64,000 nucleotides of DNA from Octopus vulgaris (Eukaryota). The notes below the pieces were generated by a model. That model did not search any database and had not been told where the DNA came from. It saw only the letters and a list, made by a program, of their open reading frames with translations. The translations under genes and the position numbers were made by a program. Numbering within the stretch: position 1 is the first letter of the stretch; every line of letters starts with the position of its first letter. Shown in pieces: positions 1 to 10,813 of the stretch. Location: NCBI GenBank assembly GCA_951406725.2, contig OX597814.1, forward strand, positions 105,090,001-105,154,000, read 5' to 3'.

Positions 1-148
1 ATTCTGCAGTTTGTGTATATTGGTGAGGAATTGACATCGTTCCATTTTATATGTCTGCAATGACATTCATGTTCCGCTCTTCCGTCATCCATAAAATAAT
101 TGAAACCTATAAAGAAGAGAAAGAAACGGAAATGTTATATAATAAATA

Positions 149-539
149 CTAGACGTATCGCCCGGCATTTCTCGGGTTTGTTTCGACCCTTTAGAATTGG
201 AATTTTTGAAAAGTAAAAATTTTGCATTATGTAGCTTTTTATTCTCTGTAAGTGAACATTTTTCTGGTTGAAATACACCGAAAAATGGCGACACAGCAGT
301 CAAAAAATCGTAAAAAGTAGGGATTTTCATAGAAAAAAAAGCACGTTTTTGATGTAAATAATTTTTGGTGCTAACATGGTCCGATTTGAATTTTTTCTTC
401 TACGGAAAGAAGAGCAATCCTTTTTCTATCATACTTTCAGTTTTGGTCAACTTGTGCCGCAGGGTCTTGGAGGATATAGTGTTAGTTGAAGGCTACCAAA
501 CCTGCCGCACACAGACAACTTCAGCTTTATATAGAGAGA
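149..539 (-). mobile_element. Non-autonomous Helitron-like element
   Basis: On the minus strand it starts 5'-TC after a host A and ends with a CCCG...CGGG hairpin followed by CTAG-3' before a host T. No TSD. These are canonical Helitron termini. Confidence 0.65.
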
Positions 540-957
540 TTAAGGATTGACTGTATTTCAGGCGATCGGGCTTCTAGCAGGTTGTTCACGTGACATGAAA
601 CTTACTTTGTTAATCGAAAAGTTTGTTTGTGTAGAGGATATCGATAATCGGTAGGGGCGAAGAAAGAAAGAAAATTACTCCCACCAATTATCAGGATTTG
701 TGACAAGGATTTGTCAGAAGGGGGATAATTACAGACATATTCCTTAAAGGAAACTTATATCAATTTTCATTGCAATTTATACATCAAATTAGGGATTGAC
801 AGTAATCTGTTATAATGCGAGATTACAATTTACAATTTATTTCCGTTAATATAAAGAGCTAAAACAATTATATCAGATCTTATATATCCGTCTCAAATCC
901 CATCACACAACGTCAAATGTATGTTACATTTGGAAGTAACGAACGACGATACAGCCA

Positions 958-1179
958 AGGCGGTCAGCTGGCTGAATCGTTAGCACTCCGGGCGAAATGC
1001 TTAGCGGTATTTCGTCTGCCGTTACGTTCTGAGTTCAAATTCCGCCGAGGTCGACTTTGCCTTTCATCCTTTCGGGGTCGATAAATTAAGCACTAGTTAC
1101 GCACTGGGGTCGATGTAATAGACTTAATCCGTTTGTCTCTCCCCTCTATGTTTAGCCCCTTATGGATAATAAGGAAACA
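958..1179 (+). mobile_element. SINE with Nin-like central domain
   Basis: Box A/B-like head and GTCGACTTTGCCTTTCATCCTTTCGGGGTCGATAAA core; 10-bp TSD GATACAGCCA (948-957, 1180-1189). Related copies at ~31215-31420, 31619-31832 and 48270-48840. Confidence 0.8.
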
Positions 1180-1959
1180 GATACAGCCACATGCCTATAA
1201 AGTATGTACCGTTGTGGTTAGTGAATTTAATGTTGTAAATATGAATGGTTGTCGTATGAAGGCATAACTTGGTGTCATACTTATGAAAATGCATATTGTA
1301 TGAACGAGTATCCTATGTAAACAACATTCCTTATACGACCAAATATATTGAGGGCTTATTAGGCTAAACTGTGTTTTAGTTTTTGTTTTAGCAGCACGAT
1401 TCCGTCACCTTTCAGTTTATCTCTATCATTTGTTTTATACTCAACGTTAACTGGGGAATTTCTGAGGAAGATTCGGCGACAATTATGTTAATACCGTGCT
1501 TGACCTAGGGTAGCCATAAACATTGAGCGTGCTTTATCGGCGTACTTCTAGGAATATAGTCAACAGTTAAACATTAACTTATACACATATATATGTATAC
1601 ATATAGTGATGCAAACAGGGAAAATATAGCTCAAAATATGTATATATACATATTTTTAATAATATTTAGCAGAAGTAACAGAGTGACTCAAGGTCCAAGA
1701 GTTTCGTGCGTTAGCACTTTTCAAACTGGTAAGTTTGAGAAATGCCAACCACGGCTTTTGAGTCACTTTGTTGCGTCTACTAAATTTAAGTAAAAATACG
1801 CACACACATTTATATATACACACAGACACACTCACACACACACAAACACATATATATATATATATATGTGTGTGTGTATGTATATATATATACATACATA
1901 CATCATTAGCTGCGGAGGTCGTGGAAGAGACCCTGTGAGTCGTTTGAGACAAACCCCTC

Positions 1960-2330
1960 CAGAGATGGTGGCCTTCATAAAAAATACTGGTGATTCTGAC
2001 ACCTTATTACCACTTTCCTCTGTATGAGATCAGTGGATAAAAGAATTGAAGAAATCACGGCGTAAATGACGACGGAATTTCAGATGACATACTCTCGCCC
2101 GGGAGTGGGGGGGGGTTCCTGTGGGTAGCAGCACAGGCTCGATCGTCATTATTAGCCTGCCAGAGCAGAATGGATTAAGGCGATGAATACAGTTGTCATG
2201 GAATGTTACTTTTGGAGCAGACTCGTTAATGGTGAAAGGAAGCCCACTAGGACACATGAGGGTAAGACATCTTCAGAAAAAGCAGCTTAATTGGGGACAG
2301 CTAGGATCTTGAGATTGATACCTGGAGGTT
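1960..2330 (+). mobile_element. Possible degenerate 5' fragment of an R4/Dong-type LINE
   Basis: Translates partly to AEWIKAMNTVVMECYFWSR, which resembles the N-terminus of R4-clade ORFs. Heavily decayed; boundaries approximate. Confidence 0.3.
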
Positions 2331-3387
2331 ATGTGTCGTGGAAATAGATAGAGTCTGTGCGACCTTTGACTGCAAGTTGCTGTTCATTCTTACAGAATGA
2401 AACGGAGTAAGTAAAATGGAGAGATCTAAAAAGTAAGATGCAGATAATGGTCCTTTCTACAATAGGCACAGGGCTTGAAATTTTGAGGGAGTAGAGACCT
2501 CAAGCCTCTACTGATGCTTCTTTTATCGACCCCGGAAGGAGGAAAGAGGTCGGCTTTGCCTTTCATTCTTTTTTGGGGGGGGGTTGATAGAAAGAGTACA
2601 AGTAATCAACACGAATATTGTAGTTGAGGCTAATATTTCTCCGTAGACAAGTTCTAACTGAGAAAGATGTAGACTAAAAAGTGGTGGCGGCGGCTGTGTT
2701 AGTGGTGGTTGTGGTGGCGGTCGTGGCGGTGGGGCTAGTGAATATGATTGCATTGGAGAGTTTCAACTGTTAGTAGCCTTTCTGGTGATATCATTAAATA
2801 GAATTAAATACCTCTCTTTTGGTAAAACAGCTTCGAAGCAAACAGCTGTATTGTGTCGTACTTTGAATAATTCCTGTAAGTTTCTTAGATTTTCAGTTTC
2901 TAACGTTCGTCGTTTCTTTCTTTCTTTCTTTTGCCTAATAACTTAATTCCCTTCATTTACACACGACATATTTGTTTCACCTGATCTGAAAAAGCATGAT
3001 TTAATAATTCTTTGCAAACAAAATCTGGCGAGGAATCAAAATATTTTAAAGTTCTCCACAATTTATTTTTCTTGACTCTATCGAACGGTGATGAAGGAAT
3101 TGGTGTAAATGTGTCGCAAAATGAACGCTGCTTGCTTCAATATAAAAAATATTTCTCTTGCACGAAGCAATGAATTTCGCGTGACCATCTTCAAATCCCG
3201 AATATAGCGTTGCCAATTTCACCAAGTTCAAATTTAAGTTAAACTTGAAAGATAAGTAAGAAAATATAAAAATAATATTTCGTTTCAGAATTCAGTAACA
3301 GCAGATGGTATTGTGGAATCTCACAATTACAGTAGGAAGAGAAATGTTTTCTGAACAAAGGAACTTTCGGAAAATTTGAAAATAAAA

Positions 3388-4302
3388 ATGGGGTTGGCGA
3401 CAATGTATTTTGGTTATTTCATTTTACTGTTGATGTTCCATAGCAGCCTTTCGGAAGTATATTGCCCCAAGAAATTTCGGAATAAAAAAAGTCACACAGC
3501 ATGTTTAGAAAAGTCGCCTATGTTGAAGGAATCACTGACTGTCACTGCTGTGCAGAAGTCTATTCTAATCGCTTTGCACAATAGTATTCGAGCCAAAGTT
3601 CAACCACCAGCCTGTAATATGTTCAGAATGCACTGGGATAATGAATAGGCCTATATAGCACAGAAATGGTCCGATAATTGTGTGCAGAAACATGATGAAA
3701 TTCTAAACAGAAATATACCTTTGAAATATAATGTTGGTCAAAATATAGCTGCAAAATTTTCCAAATGGTATGATGTCATAAATTATTGGCGTTCTGAAGG
3801 CAAGGATTTTAAATATGGTAAAATTCATTTGAAGAATACAACATACTACACACAGTTAGTGTGGGCGACATCAATTTTATTTGGTTGTGGTGCCTCTCTT
3901 TGCTCGAATATTGGCACGTTCTATGTTTGTAATTATGCTCCTGCAGGGAACATAATCGGGGAAGAACCATACAAACGCTGCGATAAAAGGAGAAATTTGA
4001 AGGATTGTGGTCATAATCCTTGTTACAATTTCGGAATTCTTAATATCGAAGACTGTTCTTGTAGTTGCTATGAACAAAGCCATACGTATGGCCTTAATTG
4101 TTTACTAAACTGTTCGTTTTCTGACATCAGTATTCAATGCAAGAGAAGACCCGTGGATTATTGTCATTACGCCCATCTTCGCCCTTCGTGTCCCTGGCTC
4201 TGCAAAGAATGCAACATTGCATCTTGGTCTCAAAGAACTAATTGGTTCCTTCTTTTCGTTGTACAAATATTTATTCCGGGTCTAAGAATGTGTACACATT
4301 AA
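3388..4302 (+). pseudogene. CAP/CRISP (SCP) family secreted cysteine-rich protein, intronless, one in-frame TAG at 3646-3648
   Basis: ORFs 3376-3648 and 3682-4302 share a frame. Signal peptide, LHNSIRAKV.PPACNM, GQNIAA, YTQLVWA, YVCNYAPAGN, Cys-rich tail ending CPWLCKEC, hydrophobic C-terminus. Colinear with 28940-29863. Confidence 0.85.
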
Positions 4303-4534
4303 TATTATCATAAGATCTAAATTTCCAGAGCCATAAATTCAGCAGCACGAATCAATGTAAACAATTAAAATCTTACATCTTTCACAAAAATAATATAGTT
4401 TCATCAATATGAAGTTTTTAATGGAGCTTAAAATGTTTAGAGAAACGAAAATTAAACTTATCTTAATTATCTCACCAGCATCATATTTCAAAGTGAATAG
4501 AAATTTGAAAAAACATTTTCCCCCCTGTTTAAAT

Positions 4535-4848
4535 TCTTCTTCTTCTTCTTCTTCTTCTTCTTCTTCTTCTTCTTCTTCTTCTTCTTCTTCTTCTTCTTCT
4601 TCTTCTTCTTCTTCTTCTTCTTCTTCTTCTTCTTCTTCTTCTTCTTCTTCTTCGTCTCCTTCTCCTCCTCCTCCTCCTCATCCTTCTTCTGCTTCTTCTT
4701 CTTCTGCTACTTCTACTTCTTCTCCTTCTTCTTCTTCTTCTTCTTCTTCTTCTTCTTCTTCTTCTTCTTCTTCTTCTTCTTCTTCTTCTCCTTCTTCTCC
4801 TGCTTCTTCTTCTTCTTCTTCTTCTTCTTCTTCTTCTCTCTCTCTATT

Positions 4849-4940
<92 letters not shown>

Positions 4941-4946
4941 TCTATT

Positions 4947-4987
<41 letters not shown>

Positions 4988-5010
4988 ATCTATCTTTCTA
5001 TCTCTCTTAC
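4535..5010. repeat. (TTC)n then (TATC/TGTC)n compound microsatellite
   Basis: Direct inspection. Confidence 0.95.
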
Positions 5011-5700
5011 TCCTCTCTCTATTTATTCATATCGAAATTTTTACCGAACTTATATAATTCATGTAACAACTACAATTTTGTTACCCTATTGGTAATTAAT
5101 CTCTTTAATTGAGATGTCGCCGTTAACGCAGAAAACACTCAGCAATACTCCAAAAGTAAAAATACACTTAAATCCTATTTCAAAAAAAGGTTTTACATTT
5201 AATACACACAATGCTAAATGCAATAGAGAAAAACAACATGAAACAATAAAATAATAACATCTTTAATGTCGGAATACGAGGATGGAGATGGCGGGATAAT
5301 TGCTGTCCAGCTAGAAGCTTCCAATAAATAATGTAGCGTAAGATTTCGGAGTTAGTAAAGAGTGAAAGAAAATGGATTCAATCAGTTCCAAAACATTCTT
5401 TGCATCTTCAAACACATTAAGAAATGTGAAAGAGAAGTTGATATCAAAAAATAAATAGAAGGTTGATGAAATAACAGTAGAGACATTAAGCAGGATGAAA
5501 CTTTAAACTAAATTAGGCGGTTCGGCAACACGGGAACGATAGAATAACTATCAGGCTGAACACAAAAACAAGTACTGGAGTAGATTCATAGAATTTGGCA
5601 AGGATGCAAGAATGAGTAGATGAGAATATCTGTCCATTTGTGTTCGATTCTGGAACATTCCATTCAAACTACTTGTGTATGTGTGCGTGTATATATATAC

Positions 5701-5808
<108 letters not shown>

Positions 5809-5811
5809 AAC

Positions 5812-5858
5812 AAAGCTGTCCGACGAACAGGAACGTGAAACTCCGAGTAACAGGTTTT
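5812..5858 (+). ncRNA. Minimal type I hammerhead-like motif (U4C core) in a ~85-bp island between (TA)n tracts
   Basis: AAAGCTGT|CCGACGA|AC-AGGAAC-GT|GAAAC-TCCGA-GTA|ACAGGTTT: stem I 7/8 bp, stem III ACTC-C-GAGT, GUA triplet. Confidence 0.55.
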
Positions 5859-5885
5859 GTTGAATTTCTGCTGCTTTTAAATAAA

Positions 5886-5925
<40 letters not shown>

Positions 5926-5928
<3 letters not shown>

Positions 5929-6225
5929 CGTAGGAGTGGCTGTGTGGTAAGTAGCTTGCTTACCAACCACATGGTTCCGGGTTCAGTCCCACTGCGTAGC
6001 ACCTTGGGCAAGTGTCTTCTACTATAGCCTCGGCCCGATCAAAGCCTTTTGAGTGGATTTGGTAGACGGAAACTGAAAGAAGTCCGACGTATATATGTAT
6101 GTGTGTGTATATGTTTGTGTGTCTGTGTTTGTCCCCCCCCCCGACATCGCTTGACAAACGATGCTGGTGTGTTTACGTCCCTACAACTTAGCCGTTCGGC
6201 AAAAGAGACCGATAGAATAAGTCTA
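5926..6225 (+). mobile_element. tRNA-derived SINE (ACCTTGGGCAAGTG core family)
   Basis: GTGGCTGTGTGGTAAG box A and GGTTCAGTCCC box B. Homologous copies at ~27636-28090, 33056-33445 and 51625-51770, with minus-strand partials near 10430, 17915, 42870 and 50405. Confidence 0.8.
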
Positions 6226-6347
6226 CTTTAAGTTTCATAGGGTCTTTAATATTAGTTTTTTCTGTGAGATTTGCACCATTCTACACTCATTCATATACTT
6301 CTCTCTTTTATATATATGTCTCTGTGTGTGTGTATGTGTATTGTGTG

Positions 6348-6439
<92 letters not shown>

Positions 6440-6584
6440 TATATGTGGATACGCACACACAGGAGCAAATACCTTTGAACTTATTTACTTATTTTAAAGC
6501 ATGGTTGAGTCCATAAATAGAATTTGACTACACCTCCATTTAGAGCACAGTTTAAGCTATCTTTTCGTGGAAGAAGGTTTATCC

Positions 6585-6921
6585 AGATAAAAATTGCTGC
6601 AGCTCGGCTGGGATGTTACCCCACTCTTCATATTCACCAGATATTGCTCCTTCGGATTTCCACTTATTCAGGTCTCTGCAGAATAGTCTTAATGGTGAAA
6701 ATTTGAATTCCTTGGATGTCGTAAAATGATACCTTGATGAATTCTTTGCCATGAAACCACCTCAATGCTGGGAAGCGGATGTTTTCATGTTAAAGGTAAG
6801 ATGGAGACGCATTGTGCGACAAAATGGTTCATATGTGGTTGATTAAAAATGTAATGGCAAGTATTTATTGACCTTTTTCTCTCCTTTCAAAATCGGCACG
6901 AACTTTCTGGACAACTCAATA
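6585..6921 (+). mobile_element. Mariner (Tc1/mariner) transposase 3' fragment with right TIR
   Basis: Translates to ..YSPDIAPSDFHLFRSLQNSL..RWRRIVRQNGSYVVD*, the mariner YSPDLAPSD motif. Ends CACGAACTTTCTGGACAACTCAA followed by TA. Confidence 0.85.
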
Positions 6922-7289
6922 TATATATATAGTGGCTGCTTTCTCGTACGCGAGAAAGAATCATTGAAATGAGACTTTGATAATGCAATGTGAGGCCCTT
7001 ATTTTATAGCAAAATGCACAGTTCTGCTGGCTGCCAGAAGGATCAAGTGCCACCGTATAAAGTCTTTAGACTTGTCTTCTTAATCTTCCAGCTGAACGGC
7101 ACATCTTTCCACAGGTTATATATGTTCTGCTGCCAACAACAGCTGTGTCATAATTTACAAGGGGTTGATTCTCGAGGCCGCTTTGATGGCTGACCAGGCT
7201 TAAGTATTGTTTCCTACAAATCACACATCCAATAGTCCTTTGTATAATATGTAGAGAATATGCAGGAATGAAAATGCAAGAATGAAAAC

Positions 7290-8750
7290 CCGAAGGATGA
7301 GGCTACGAGACCTCCAGCAAGTTACTCCATCTATAAAGCCGCTTGGGTTCGAGATGAATCCATCGAATTCGGAGGTGCTCAATGTGAGCGATAGCGAGGC
7401 TGGATTTCGAGACGTCATACGCATCTTCCAATCAATCTTGACGAGGGCTCAGCTGACACCTAAAGACCCTGTCTGCATCCTTAGCGCCCCAATCGCCGTG
7501 AAAGCCATTTCGGAGTGCCTGGAGGCAAGGCTGCTGACTTGTTCAGGATGACCGAGAGATTGGTGTCGCATTGAAACCCATCCGGAACACTTCCTCGTGA
7601 GGAATCGCTTTGCTCTGCCAAGATTTCTTTTCTCGCTGTGCAATGCGCCATGTCCCCCAGACAGAGACCACCTCAGTAACTTCTATTACTCCATCCATCT
7701 CTGTGTCGAACAGTTTTCGAAGCGCCGGCTGCCAACAGGACGAACTGCCGATTTCATTCGTTGGCCATGTTCTGCAATTTGCAGTGGAACAGACTCAGCC
7801 GGATTATCTCTCCACGGTCTACTCCATCCACATCCTCCATCGCGAGATATTCCATGGCTAAGCCGTACCTCATGTGGTCCAGGTACCCGAATCAGCCCTT
7901 GCCGTTTGGACCGATGTTGGGGTCGCCGTCCCCCAGCATATGTCCAGCGCAACTGTGGAGGCATCCGGTGCAACTCCGCCCTCGAGCAACTAAAATCATC
8001 TCTTGAACAGCTCAACGTTGACTCCATCTGTTTTGCCTCGCAGCCAAATATCGGTACATGGCTCAGTTCGGTGCCTTCCACATTTACCTGTACCCTTCTA
8101 GATAGTGAGTGCATCCGTATGGGGGTGGCCCAACGCCGCGGTCTCTGCGTGTGCAAGCCATACAAATGTCGCTGCGGAGAAGTAGCAGACGAATTCAGCC
8201 CACATCGTTTATCCTCCAGCCTTAGAGCGAGTCGGTTCCCTGATTCGCCGCCGAGGTCGGTAAGCACCTCAACGTGATAACCCTTTTCCCATTCGAGGGA
8301 GGCAAATCCCTAGTATGGGACTCGACGTACAGTGAAATGTTCTCTGGTTCTAATCTTGCGTCATCTGCCGCAAACCCCAGTGTTGCCGCCCGTGACTCGA
8401 AAGAGCCAAAAATCAGTAGTTACAGAAGCCTAGCCGGCCATTACCAGTTTGAACCGGTTGCCGTCTAGATGTCCGGTGCTACCGATATCTTCCGCAAAAT
8501 AGGGATAACAGCGGCCTCCTAAATAAGAAATGAGCCCCGGCAAAATAAAATGGTCGCTGTAGCGAGTTTCACTGGTCATTCTCCGCGGTCACTTCCTTGG
8601 GGCGCATCTGAGCGCCCCTTTTTTTCTAGAATATGTGGCCTCTCGCCTCTCCCACTTCAACTTCCGTTGTTTTCCCCCTTGTTTCTCTAATTTGTCTTTT
8701 TCTTTTTTTTCTTTCTTTTTATCTTTTTAAGTCGACAATTGAAATAAAGT
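7290..8750 (+). mobile_element. CRE-clade (restriction-like endonuclease) non-LTR retrotransposon, degenerate 3' part
   Basis: Post-RT GFEMNPSNSE...ILSAPI, Cys motif CKPYKCRCGE, RLE-type ITLFPFEGGKSLVWDST...YQFEPVAV. Frameshifts and stops; AATAAA near 8743. Confidence 0.65.
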
Positions 8751-9056
8751 TGATATTCGTGTTTTTCTGTTTGCTTCTGCTTCTGTCTTTCTATCCTCTT
8801 ATTCTGTGATTCTTTCTTTCTTTATCCCTCTCTCTCTCTCTCTTTACGGATATATATATATATTTATGCATGTATGTCTCCGCGTCCATTATTTCTCTGT
8901 TGTTATTGTTCGAGCTATTGTACTAAAGGATTAAGATTAAATCGTTTGAGAACGCTGCAGGTTTGGAAAAATAAAATTGGCGAAGACAAGACGAACACGA
9001 TAGATAACAAGCTTCAGTTCTTCACTCACAACAGCTTCAAGCATTTCCCTTCGAAG

Positions 9057-9563
9057 ATGGGGAATGAAAGCTCGCTAGGTCTTTGCTCCAATTTTGATGC
9101 CGATGAAATAAAAAAATTGGGGAGAAAATTTCGAAAGCTAGATGTGGATAAATCTGGTTCACTGAGTATCGATGAACTTTCGTTTTTTCCAGAATCGCGA
9201 ATGAATCCTTTAATTCAAAGAGTAATCGATATATTTGACGCAGATGGAAATGGAGAAATAAATTTCAAAGAATTTATCGACGGCCTTTCTCAGTTCAGTG
9301 TTAAAGGAGATAAGCAGACCAAATTGAGATTTGCATTTAATGTCTATGATATGGATAAAGACGGATTTATTTCCAATGCCGACCTTTACAAATCGCTGAA
9401 ATTAATGGTTGGCGCGAATCTGGAAGATGTACAACTTCAACAAGTTGTGGATAAAACAATCATTTATTCTGATACTGATGGCGATGGTAAAATATCATTT
9501 GAAGAATTCTGTGCTGTGGTTAGTTCTATGGACGTGCACGAGACGATGGTCGTGCCGATATAG
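9057..9563 (+). CDS. Calcineurin subunit B-like EF-hand protein, intronless (168 aa)
   Basis: Starts MGNESS (Gly2 myristoylation site), four EF-hands, CnB signature [35 protein letters not shown]. The upstream in-frame extension from 8874 is not conserved in frame in the paralog. Confidence 0.9.
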   Translation: MGNESSLGLCSNFDADEIKKLGRKFRKLDVDKSGSLSIDELSFFPESRMNPLIQRVIDIFDADGNGEINFKEFIDGLSQFSVKGDKQTKLRFAFNVYDMDKDGFISNADLYKSLKLMVGANLEDVQLQQVVDKTIIYSDTDGDGKISFEEFCAVVSSMDVHETMVVPI

Positions 9564-9907
9564 TAAGGTTGTTCTGGAATATGAAAACTATTAACTTGTA
9601 CTTTCCATGAAAACACTATTGGCTCATTGTTATGTATATAAATATACATTTAACTATCCATAGATTTTGAATGTATATTCACACTGTCTCTGCGTCCAGC
9701 TCTTTCTTTGTCTATAATCATCGGTTACACTATCTCGACACGTTGCACTTACTCATTACGTTCACCTTTTCTGCTCTTCTATCCTATTCTCTCTCATATT
9801 CACAGGTAATTCACGCCTCTTTCTCTCTCTCTCTCACTCACTCACTCACTCACTCACTCAATCTCTTTCTCACAGTCCTCACCTACGGACGGACACACAC
9901 ACACACG

Positions 9908-9953
<46 letters not shown>

Positions 9954-10717
9954 CGCATGCATATACTCCGACTATCATACACCTACACCATTCCTCTTGA
10001 TACCTGCCACCAGGTGTACAGCCCCCCTGACAAACACGTCTGCACTCTTCACCTCCAGCTTCCTTCCTCCCTCCCTCGTACATTTTTCTCCTCAAAGGCT
10101 TTCTCTTTCCACTGCATCCAAACTACGTCAATGACTTCCTTTCTTTTTTCTCTTTTATTTGTTTCCATCATAAGACCGAGGCCATACTGGAGCACCGTCT
10201 TCAAGAATGTTAGTCGAACGAATCGACCCCAGGATTATTTTTAGACCTGGCACTTATTCTGTCGGTCGCTTTGCCAAACTGCCTAGTTATAGGGACGCAA
10301 ACGCACCAACACCGATTGCCAAAATGACATACATACACACATACATACGTACATACATATAGATATACAGTCATACACAGACATACGCGCGCGCGTACAC
10401 ACACACATTATATATACACATACACATGACATTTGATTAAGACACTTGACCAAGGCACTTGACCAAGGCTCTTCCCCAAGGTGGGCCTGAACCCGGAACC
10501 ATGTGGTTGGGAAGCAAACATCTAACTACACAGCCACACATGCGCCTATACTTATTTCATATTCTAAGTTGAGCAATTATTTCTCTTTCCTTCATTATTT
10601 CATTTCAGATATTTTCTTTTCCAAAAGCATTCCAATTTCTCTCGGATTCTCTCATTCTAACTCTTTCATTTTCCTTTCTTTTTAAATGTTTCCTGTGTTT
10701 TGTTTTACATTATCTTG

Positions 10718-10811
<94 letters not shown>

Positions 10812-10813
<2 letters not shown>

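Noticed and set aside
4409-5095. Long ORFs of poly-Ser, YIYI, LSIY, poly-Asn/Asp etc. (also 19214, 20882, 40236, 56547, 63087)
   Set aside because: Stop-free frames of microsatellites with no protein signal.
8874-9056. 61-aa N-terminal extension of the first CnB
   Set aside because: The homologous leader is out of frame in the paralog and would remove Gly2 myristoylation; treated as 5'UTR.
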